DNA of 64,000 bases, taken from contig NC_135760.1 of the NCBI RefSeq assembly GCF_052425735.1, forward strand, positions 27,218,001 to 27,282,000. The letters are read 5' to 3'. Shown in pieces: positions 50,601-62,628 of the stretch; position 1 is the stretch's first letter; every line of letters begins with the position of its first letter. The stretch comes from Oculina patagonica. Taxonomy: Eukaryota. The translations under genes were made by a program, and so were the position numbers. The notes beneath the pieces are model-generated. The model made no database searches and was not told where the DNA came from. It saw nothing but the letters and a program-made list of their open reading frames with translations.

Positions 50601-53600
50601 CATTTAGGTCATCCCAAATAATGGCTGCAAAGGAGACTGGCAACCACAGGCTCAAATTTTTTTGTGAAAACGTATAAATAACAATCTAGATAATACAAAT
50701 GATGTTCAAAGAATGACAAAATTCAAAACAAAATTCAAGTTCTTTTTACCTTTCATTACATCACGATGATCGGATTTTGAAGAAGCTGATGGTTGCACTT
50801 CACTTGCTCCCCCATCTACAGTGGGAGATGGCTTTACAGCCTGTTCAGCAGGCTTGTTAGTTGATGCAGTTTCAATGCTCTTAGCAGTGAACTGCACAGG
50901 AGCTGCACTTGTGGATTTAGTGTTGAGCTAAAACAAAAACATAGTAAGTAGTTTGAGATAAGATGGCCATAAAGTTTATCTTGTTTTATTACTTGTCTTC
51001 CTCATATTGTTGCTTTTTTTAAGATACTGACTAAATCTCTGATCGATGTGATCAACTGCCTCAGTCCACATGTTGGCAGGGTGCAAAGAAAGTGGATTTT
51101 CAAGCTTGCCATTGAGAATGTTGGAACTATTATGTGCTAGCCCAAAGCCCTTTCACAGTGGCTTTACTTTATCTTCTAACTAAAAAGTCCAAAAGTGTTA
51201 ACTTGCCCACTCGAACATATACTTGATCGACTAAAAGGGCACTTGTTGTTGCTGGTTATGGTTTTTCTCATTCTGGTGACATGGCACAAGGTAATGGAAT
51301 TTTATATTGAATAACTCACCGAAGCTGTTTGTGTGTCGGTGCAAGGAGTCTTCCTCTCGTCTGATGGCATTGCTGCTGGGGGAACGGCTAGAGATTCAAA
51401 CAAAACATGATGAATGAATTTTCATTGTTTCTTTGAGTAAGTATTCTTGTTTATGGAGTTTCTTTTAACAAATTTTGTTTCACATTACATTGAAATCTGC
51501 AAGTTTCACCCTGCAGATTTAATTAAAAAATGAGACTTCTTAGAATGACGAAAATTGTGCTTTTTCTTCAGAGCCTCTTGGCCTCAAACCAAAGCGAGTG
51601 GTAATATACATTTTTACAATAACTGGAAAATGTACATTAATTTGTTGAAAGCTGTGGCCATTGAGAGTATAGACAATGAAAATAACATAACATGTAATGC
51701 AACTCAAGCCAACCTTAAAGAATAAGCAACTGTATGACTTTTTCAACAAATGAAAACTGGAGAGTTTCCATTTCCAAAGTATGTTGGAAACTTTGTGTTA
51801 AATTAATGGCAAACAGGCCACCAGCTTTCAGCAAAAAAGTGAACTTCCACCCTGTTGATTTGTTTGGTATATTGTTTTGTTTTTTTGTTTTTTGTTTTTT
51901 GGAGGGAGGGGGGGGGGGGAGGGGCATGGGAGCTAAGTAGTACAAAATTGTAGACCTAAGGTCAGGGTTTCTCAAAACTAGCACAAAGTTGGGCAAGAAT
52001 TCTGTAAACAACACTTCACTACAAAGAGACCCATTGGTAAGTTCATGTACAATATTTAGATAAGTTCAAACTACTGAACCCAAGTGCAAGAGTACAGGTG
52101 TGTACCTTCTGTAGCTCCTCTCTGAGACTTTCCTTCAGCATACGAATGTCCAGGGGCTGCCTGACTTGTCTTTGATGCTGCACTTGTTGTTTGGGGTCTA
52201 ACAACAGCAGCAAACGCCTCCTCTTCAGTGCGTCCACTGTCAACTTCTTGGCGGAGAATGTGACCCCTTGACTGTTTTAGGAAGGACAATGTTCAACATT
52301 ACAAATTTATCTAACATTCCTTTTTCAGAAAATTAATTTTGGCTTTTTGTGTAAAAAAAAAAATAATTTGTAGTGTAATAATTTATCCTTTCCCTTCTAA
52401 TTCTTAATCAAAAGATTCAAGTAAACATTAAATAACAATAATTGCTATTATCCTTAAATGCATTTTTCCTCCCTTTTCATTGGCCGAGAGCCCACCACCT
52501 GATCTGCAAATATCAGTAACTGCCTACAAATAATGATCTGCTCATGCACATTAGCGTCTGACAGTGATTTTGCTACAATATTCTGCACAAGCATAGTTGT
52601 GTCCACTTCCAAGAAAAATGGCAACTTGTTTTCCTGAGACGTCGAAGAGCGTCTGGATTTGTCTACTAGGCCCGAAAAAACAGTGAAAATACAAAGATGG
52701 AAATTCCCCTTATTGTATTTCGGCAATATCTGAAAGAAAGATAATTGTATGAAGTCCAGCTCGTATTATCGAAGGCGAAGTTACGCTTTCCTCTGCAAAA
52801 ATTCCGCAAACTTTTTTACTTACTTACGAACTTGACGTGCAAACAAATTTAGTGATCAAATGATAAAACAATGTGGAACTTGGTTTTCGTAAGATATCAT
52901 GATTTGTCAGTGACTCAAAGATCAATTATTTCCCTCAGCCTTAGGCTTCAGCCAATAATTGATCTGCTCGCCACTGACAAATCATGATATTTTGCTCAAC
53001 CTCATCCAATAATAATTATTGTTAATTTTCTTTTGTTTAACTATCATTACTTTAATTAATTTTAATAATCTTTTTCATTGTTTCAGAGTAAATCAAAGCC
53101 TTGCCATGTTGTATGTTAAGGCTGTCTGCCAAATTTGTAAAGTGGTACAGCACTTGGTAGCTTTGTCTTTTTATGACTTTCCATTGTACAGTTTAATAAA
53201 AAAAAAAAACAATCGTTTTACCAGATTCTAAGTAAGTAGCTGACCTGTTCAATTTCACGAGCTGTCTGTTCTGCTTTCAGTTCCATCTCCCTTGTGCTGT
53301 CTTTTGGAAGTGGTGTCCTAAAAAGTTAATAAGAAAAATTTTGATTTTCTTCTCAGCTTGAAGAATGCATTTTTTTCTGAGCCTGGTTGTTCTTTAGATG
53401 GATTACACCATCCCCTGGACAAATGACCAACCAGTGTATAGCACAGAAACATTTGTTAACATTATTCTTATCCAATGGATAACATTATGGGCTCACTGAC
53501 AAGCTAGATCCTGGGTGAAAGTCCAGTGCTTTCCACTGAATTAATAACTATCCGGTGGGTAGCTCTGTACGAAGCAGCATAGTTTGTTTTGTTAACACTT

Positions 53601-56600
53601 ATCCACTTGATAGCGATATATCTGTTGGATAGTCTTTAGTGAGCAATCATTCTGTTAAACAATCATGGAAAACTAGGAGTATAAGCTACTAATTTAGAAA
53701 AACAACTTAAAGGGAAACATTACTAACGTGTATTGTAATAGATCATCACTGTATGTTGAAGTCACACCAAATTTTTCTTGGTTCGTTTTGAACATTTCAT
53801 CAGCTGACCAACCATTCTAAAACAAAGCGATATGTTACATGTATATTATTTTATGGAATCAACAAGGACTGCACAGGATGGGGAGATGCATGGGAGTTAA
53901 AAAGGGTTTGGAGGAGCAAGCAGATTGCATCCATGTTCAGACTAACAAAGAGTTATCATAAAGGTGTTATTTTATGGGATGTAAATTGATTCATATTACA
54001 ACTGTACATTCAGTGTAGAAAATAAAATAATAGTACTGTAGCTTAACAAAAGAAAATAATGTATTTTTTATGGAAATATTAAATACCTGAACATCTACTT
54101 CAACTTCTACATCGCTGCTTGCAAACTGGCTCAGTTTTTGCCCCATAACAAAACAACTTACAGCCATGACACAAACTCAACAAACACACTGAATGAGGAG
54201 CTCATTGACTCTGATGATGATTAAGTCACTTTTATCTAGATACTGAAGATAGAGGTGGCTCTTATGCTGAATCAAACCAAATCAAAGTATCTTTCACCAA
54301 CAAGTCTGTTCAGTCCACAAATGCAGCACTATGAACTGCTAAGTTTTCTCTCCCAAACACAAAATACAACAGTATCCTTGAAGCTCAAATGATTCAAATG
54401 TAACCAAAACTGCTTAGTGTTGATTTGTATAATAACAGAGGTGTTTTAAGAAAGTTGCCACACAAACAAGCGTTGCTGAGCACCAAGAAATGAGAAGAAA
54501 TAGAACCACTCTATACAGTGGCCATGTTGGATGTTTTAAACATGATCAATGATCTAAGTTAAGAAATGTCTGGTGAAATCAACCATGCATGGCCAAAACA
54601 GCAGGTACCATACAACTGCTGGTTTTCAATAAAAGCAAAATAAAACGTCAAGACAAACAGCTGTCTTTTGAGAAGCTACTTAAAACAAAGTGTACATGTA
54701 TATGTAAGTTTTTTTTACACAACATTTTTCATTTGAAAATAATGCTTAACAGCCATTAAGAATATCTGGGATTGAACTGAATCCTGAAATTCCCACTTCA
54801 TAAATTTATTACATTTTTTCCACATTATATTCATTGACTTTCAGGGAAAAATAATAAAAAAAATCACCAAAAGGATATGTCTATTGGGTATGAGTTAATT
54901 TTAAGCTATTTACCACTTTCACATTGTCCTCCAACCCTCCTCCTAAGTCAAGCTCTTCATCCTGTGGAATCCATTTCTACAAACAGAATAAAACAACAAC
55001 AGGGGTTGAAAAGACAATTAATAAAATAAATTTCCAGATTACTTTCCAGACAGCCACCTTTGACTGTGTAAGTTAACTTTTTTTGTTTTTAAACCATAAT
55101 TATATTAGTTAGCAGATGGGTCAACTGGGCTCTTGGCCATTGAGAAAGTGCTCAGCAGGAAAATCAACTTGACCCAAACAACGAGACATTACTTTTTAGC
55201 TCTGAGGGTGCAATGTGCCTGAAGGCAAAACCACAGACTTGTGATTACTTCAGGCAATAATTGGAAATGGTTATGGTCATAGACACTTCTTTGTGGAAAT
55301 TTTAACAAAGTAGCAGTAAACTTTATCTGATACCAAAAAAAGAGTTTTATGTGAAGGGAAACAATACCTTGGTTTTCGAAGATTTAATTATAAAAGATTA
55401 TTTGTTTATTAACATAAAAATTCTAATTGAGAATTAACTGAGAAGGAATGAAAATCTGCACCTGGAGAGGTCGCTCCACTATTTGACCATTGGTGTGCTT
55501 CTGTGCAGCTGCAATGGCCTCATCAGTAAAGCTATCTGTGGGATCAATACTTATCATCAATAAACCTATACACCCCAGAAATGAGAAAAAAACCTACTAT
55601 GAAGAAACTTTCTTGTACAGAGCGTTCTCTGACTAAAGGCCAAATAATAGAGGCAGCATTGTCCTGTAACTTAGCTATATCTGATTAACATTAAGTTATT
55701 AATCTAAAACAAAGAAAAATACCAGTGAGATTGTACATGGGTAAGAACCAGAAATAAAAAAAATGGGCATACAAAAATTGTCTTGTTTGGCAACTGTGAA
55801 AATGTATAAACTCTTTAACTTGAAAGCACAGGTCTTACCGATTGAGGGTGCAATCTCTGGCTCTTCTGTCTTAGTAATGTTCACACTCACAATATCTTTT
55901 AGTGCAATCAAGAGATTGCTAATTAGCCTTTCTCTGTTTGGTACAATTCGCTCATCCTAAAAGAGATAACATACCAGTATGAAGTTTACAGCCAAGCAAG
56001 ATTACATTATGCACTGTAAAAGAGAAATAGATACAAAAATGAAAAGATAGTTTTATGATTGCTAACTTAATAGTACCTCAATAATAAGTCCATTGCTCTT
56101 TTTTTGTTGTACAAGATGAGCCTCGCCTAAAGTACAATCAAACTAAAACAAAAATATGAATTACTTGTTGTTCATATAAAACATACAATAGCCTGTGTAC
56201 AGCCGTCCTGCTCCACTCAAAATCAAAGTCTCTTCGAGATACCGACTTTTTTGCACAAAGTATGAGTCGAAGGTTTATCCTGTGCATTGTTCTTTAAACT
56301 TATCATTACAGTTGCTTTGTAGTTTAGTTTAACAATTTCCTATCTTCGCAGAGGAAATGCAGCCATATAATTTTGTCAAAAATGGCTTGTCCGTGCCAGG
56401 TATTTACATATTCCTCAACATTACACAAATAAACAGTGCAAATTTCACCGAGACAATTCTATACTTTAAAATTGCAAGGACCTTTCGAGGCAGTCAATTA
56501 CGGCAGCGAAATTAGCAAATGAAACAGCAAAATATGCGTTCGATGCTTTGTTTTTGTGACGCCATATTTAGATTGTTATAGATAGACCGCTGTTCGATGT

Positions 56601-59600
56601 GTTCAAGGCTGTATCGATTGCTCCACGAAAAAGCACGAAAAAATACCGATATTTCCAAGAAACTAAAAAGGCGTAAACAAATCGATACACTCATGCTGTG
56701 TTTTGTCTGGGCTCTGCGAGGGTCGGATATCAAGACAGCTTCTTCGTGGGCTTAAAGAAGGATTAAACAAAAGCCATATATACAGTGAATGCTTTCGAAT
56801 TATATTTGAAGATGAAATACGAAAGAAATTTGCTGTCTTTGACTGAAATTCCACTCGAACTGCGTAGATACGATCGCATGTTGTAAAGCCGATTTATGCA
56901 ACATTGCTGTCAATGCGAGGTCACATCGACTTGGATTGCAAAGCGCTAATCATTATCATTGCAAAATGGCGCTTGTAGCAACCAAATTTGGCCCAATTTT
57001 TAACCGCTTCTAAGCTAAAAGAAGCCCCCATCTCTTGCATTTGTTTTAACTTCAATAATATCTTTGAAAAGAGCGATATTTTTTGGTATGGTTTATATTT
57101 GACATTTGTAATTTTTAAACGATGTAAGTGCTAGTGATTATTTATTCGTGTTTTAGCGTTAGTTATGCAATCCATTGTTAGTGCGACGCTTTTTATAGAT
57201 CGCCTTTCAGACACACGTGCGTTGAGATAAGAAAGCTGACGTGTCACTTTTAAAATTGTTAATATATAACATTTGTAAATTTGACAAGTCACGTTTTTTC
57301 TACGAGATCGCAAGTGATCACACACAGCGGAAAGTAATCCCTTGAGAAATTAAAACAGTCCCTTAAGAGTTTACAAGAATGTGGTTCAAGATGGAACGAC
57401 TTAACCGCTATTCTCCAGAGGAAATCATGTTCCGCTACGAGGCGGTTCCCCTGGAATGTGTGGGAAATTATCTGATCGGCTCTTACACTAACACCATTCA
57501 TAAATTGCCTTTTTTTCATGAGGTTGATACGCGTAAGCTTGCGGCATTCAAAATTATTTTTGCGTACATGTTCAAGCATTCAACATTTTGCTTGACACTT
57601 GTTGATCTGAAGGGCCCAATATGTTTTATTATGCTTTAAGAGAGAGCCATAGTTTGGTGAAAGATTGTGGTCTAAAAAAATTTGAATGGTTTGTAGAGTT
57701 TGAAACCTCCGATACATGTTTCGTTAGTGTGGTTTGTTTTGGCTCAATTCTATTCAAACATTTGGTTTGGATGGACAAACTCTGAAATTTATCCAAGTAA
57801 GAGAATGACTACTGGGCCCAGCCATTGACTAATACTGTTGCAAGATGTATTGTACGGATGACACATTTATCTTTGTCTGGCTTCACCAAATACTGTTGCA
57901 GCTTTACTTCGAGAATGAAGAATAAAAGCACTTGCGGGAGTGCATGTGGTTTCAGCTATTTTGACACAATTAAAGTATAGCATGTCCTGTTTCATGAGAT
58001 TAAACATGTGGTAAGACTAAAAATAATAATAATAATAACAACACACAACAACAACAACAATGCAAAGACACTTGCATTATGAAATTATGACATTTTAAAG
58101 AATCTAAATTTAGCCAGGCAAACTTTTAAGTTTAAGAGATGGACAAATCAAAGAAACTTAAAAGAAATTCTGTTTCAGAATTCAATTTATTTTCATTCAT
58201 ATCAAGACAAGAAATGTATTTAAAACGGACAAAATCAAAAACTTGAAAGGCGTGAGATTCTGTAATGATGGAAATTGATTACTTACACAAGCGAACATTT
58301 GCAGTCAAATTTTGACTTGATGGCTTAATTCCAAATTCGAAGTAAGACTGCACATTACCATAATTTTTGATTTGAAAAGTCTTCAGAAGCCGCACAAGGT
58401 CCATGATCAGTCATGAAGTCTGAACTGCATTCAAACCAAATTGGAAGAGCCATGTCATCTTGTTTTTGCGGCCGTCGAAGGAAAGATAAATTCTTTGCTA
58501 GCAAGGTTTTAGCTCTGTACTTTGTGAACTTTGGTATTTGAGCCACTTTTAAAATAATTGGTGTTTTGCTTTTTTCATTTTTTTAGTCCCAAAGAAGGAA
58601 TTTCTGTGTTCAGAATGAAAAACACAACCTTGGAAGGTTCTGAATTCGCTTCGCGATCCGCCATTATTTTTATTTACATTTTGAACACAAGGCAGCCAAA
58701 ATTTATCCGAGTATTGCCGGGCATTTATCGGAAGCCATACATGGAAGATTGGATATATCCGTGGTCCATCAAAATATATGATCAATGATTGAACGCTTGA
58801 CACGAAAATACTTCGGACATGTCAATAAACCATCGACTGCGGCGTCCGCGTCCCATCTGCATTAGGTCGGCTTTCCGAATTACGTACTTACTTACTTACA
58901 GTACTTACAACACGCTGACAAAGTGGGTTTAGCTTCTTTAAAGTAAGAAGCTGAAACCAGAATGGGTTCGATTCCCGTCGGGGACTCAGATTTTTCTTTG
59001 TCCCACGCTCGTGTCATGTAGAATAATTTCTTCACTATTTATCACCGAGCTTAAAATCTACCATCTTTATTATTTACTACAAATTTGATTATTTCGACAT
59101 TGCTGATCCTAGCAGTATGCAGGACACGTGTCACTTATCAACCTAGTAAATGGCCTAGCTCACAGCGAGTCTCACGTAGCTCAGTTGGTTAGAGCGCCCA
59201 ACCGGTATCTGGGAGGCCATGGGTTCGATTCCCGTCGGGGACTCAGATTTTTTCTTTGTCCCACGCTCGTGTCATGTAGAATAATTTCTTCACCACAGAA
59301 AAGGCTGGTTTTAGAGATTTTGTGCTGTAAACGTTATGCTTTTTGCATTAAGTGAATCTGGCGCTTTGTCTTGTGAGCTTGATGATATTTTAACTCCCTT
59401 GTTTGCTGTTCTATTTGGTACTGCATGATTCAAATCCGGTCATCCAGATATCCAATATAATAAATATTATTAATGTGAAATTTAAATCAATAATGGCAGG
59501 ATTCTGGAATTCCGCGACTTTTTTGAGTGGAGCGGGACGGCTGAACACAGGCTAAACATACAACTAACAGTTTCTTAGGAAACTAATACCTTAAGTTTGT

Positions 59601-62535
59601 ATAGTGTGATTGGCCAGGTGAGAGTTGTTCTGAAAAGAACTGTTGTCACAAACAACAGTTCTTTTCAGAACAACTCTCACCTAGACCATCACACTATATC
59701 AACTACTGATACTCCTGGGTCCAAACAGTTTTGAAGTCATTTCTCACCTTTGGGGAGACTGCTTTTAAAATGCCCTCATAAATATCTCCATTTCTGACCA
59801 CAACTCGTGCCGTCTCACCCTGTTAAAAAAAAGTTAATTTTTTTTTCTTTTTGTCTGTGAGTTCACTATTTTTTTGTTTTTGATGTTATAGGATTTTACA
59901 AGATGGAGCCAATGTGTTTATATTTCTGTCAGAGAAAAACTGACAAAATGTTTTCTAGGTCCTGAACAATAAGATTTTTCAAGAAAAGGAATGATGGCAT
60001 ATGTTAAATTTAATTGGATATGTTAGTTAGATTTTTCTTAAAGAATTGAAACAAGAAAATTTAAAATCCTTACAAAGTTGAGGAAGATGCAAACCTCTTG
60101 AGAAACCGTGTAATTTTTTGATTGGTTTATAAAAGTTTACGGTTTTGCAGTCACAAAACAAGTTTTAGCCATTTTGTTTTTCAGTAAAATGTAAAAATAA
60201 TGATACTCTGCTGGCAAGAATGGGAACTGCCAAGTGTATATGTTGTGGTTTAATTTTATCTTTGGTTTAAACTTTTTCAAACCAGTTTGAGTTTTATTTC
60301 CCTTTGTTTCAGATTATAATAATGAATATGAAACAATGAAAATAAATATCAAACTGGTTTAAAAATTTTAAACCAAATCTAAAATTAAACCACAACATAA
60401 ACAACATAGCATTGTCGATAGCATGCAAATCCAGGTAAAACAGACTTGCATTTGCCTTTACTTTGCTTTTGGATGCTTTAACTTTAGGCTTTAGGCTATA
60501 AGCCAGGTGGAAGTCCAGGTTGGAGTAATTGCACTGTAATAATTTATGTATAAAACAACCCTTAAATATTATATGTGATTGATAAATAAAAAAACAGATC
60601 AGTAAACCTTAGATCTATTGAAAACTAAAAAAAGGCAAACTGTTGTTAAATGCCGGTTTGTTATTAATATTGTTTTATTATATTCATACTTACCAAGTTA
60701 CTAGTAACATAATAAACCATAAGCTTGTTTAAATAAATATCAGTGTTAAACCCATCCTCAAGCTGCAGAAAAATAAGAACCAGAATTTGAAAGTTAACAG
60801 TTTAACAAATAGATTCCATTCTGCAGTGCAACTGTTCAGTTATACATCACAGATGACATCAAAATGTGGTAAGATCAAAAAAGTGGCCCACGAGCTGCTA
60901 GGCAAGTGCAACACTGATGTTCTTATCACATTTTGACATCTTCTGTGATCTTTAACTGAACAGACCCACCGCAAATTGAATGTATGTGTCTTATACAATA
61001 ATAGAAGACTTCAGTACACTTCAGTGTAAACAATGCTGCTACCCGGTGAGCTAAAGTTGTTTTCATTTCACGATAAAGTTTTCTGTATCCTCAAAAACAC
61101 TGTTTAATCTTAAATAAAAAGAATAGTGGAAAATTAAAACATCCATGGGAAAAACTGATCAATTTCAAGTACAAATTGTGTTTCCCACACATAGAGCTGT
61201 TAACAGTTACCAAGGCATACATTGAAGGTCAACCGAAATGAAGACCCGCAAAACGTATTTTTTAACGTTTTTTTGACATATTTTCAATGTTTGTAATATA
61301 TATTAATATTTTTTCAAATTGCAAAAATGAAACACTGGTAAATACTGTCTCTTCAAAATTGCGAAATTTAGCACCTGAGAAATAAGTACCATTATCATAT
61401 GACCCGTACGGACCCGCGCGCAATTTCCTTGGAAAACCATATGAAAAAGAGTCCCGTATGAGGGCTGTACGCCTCGCTCTAGCAGGGCTGGAAAAAGCCG
61501 TACGGCCCTACTAGAAATGCGTACGGCCCCGCTACTGCCGCGAGATGCCGAAATTTTTGTAACCAGTTGATTCCACAGCTTTGAATTCAGATGAACGATA
61601 GTAAAGATTTTTTAAAAAGCAAAGAATTTCCAACATGTTTAATTTATTAAAACTTTACTATCTAGAAAGTGCTGTAGTTTGAAAGCATGTTTAAATTAAA
61701 CTTGGCAAATGAGGAAGAAATACTCCTGACAACAACAATAAAATCGAAATAAAAGCCGTCAAAAAACAACATAATCGGACAAAGACCTAAAAGATGTATC
61801 CTGGTTTAAGTCATGATAAACGTTGCGGAAAAATGCAAATGCGAAGTAAACTCAAATTTCTCTTTCTGCTGCGTAATAAGATTCACAACAAACAAAATGC
61901 GAGTACATGTTTAGGACTAACCTGACGTTCATGAATCCTACGATCCGTGGTAAACAAAACAACTTGAAGCCGAAGGGAAACGAAGCAAAGCAAAATCCTG
62001 AACTGCCAGTACAATCCTTTTCCAAGTCTTTACGTAGTTTCATAGATTAAGATCTAATGCTGTTTTAACATCGAAAATTCTTCTTGGTGGAAAATTGATT
62101 AATCTTCTCGTTCAAACCAATTGTGAATTTCGGCTCAGAAGAAACGTCGCTAATTCTTCGTTGAGAGACGAGCACGACTAGCCGAAACGTTTCCTTTGAA
62201 ATTTCTGCTAACTGCAATAATGTACGAGGAATTAAGTCGGATTTAAATCTTCTTGGAATGGAGCTAAAACTAGAAGATTTGGTTGACAACTTAACAGAAG
62301 TTCAAAAACTTTGTACGCACATCGCAGTTCAAATGCACTTTACTGGCTTCCCAAACAAATTACGAGCTACCATTGGCTTTTCAAAATGCGCGCGAAACGG
62401 GCCGCCGCGTCTGTATGATCTGTATCCACGAAAGAAAAACAAACAAAAAAAAAAAAATCAGTGGTCATATGATAAAATGCTTATTGACTGAGTTAGGTCG
62501 GGCCGGACGGGAAAATATTTGGCTCTCGGTCAGGA

Positions 62536-62566
<31 letters not shown>

Positions 62567-62578
62567 TCCTGACCTCGA

Positions 62579-62628
<50 letters not shown>

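Noticed and set aside
58441-58505. Plus-strand CHLVFAAVE as a helicase motif
   Set aside because: It is in the opposite orientation to the colinear minus-strand motif series.
59167-59244. tRNA gene (GGT anticodon-like)
   Set aside because: The anticodon arm is imperfect with no U33, and its 3' half is duplicated as part of a repeat. It is a SINE head.
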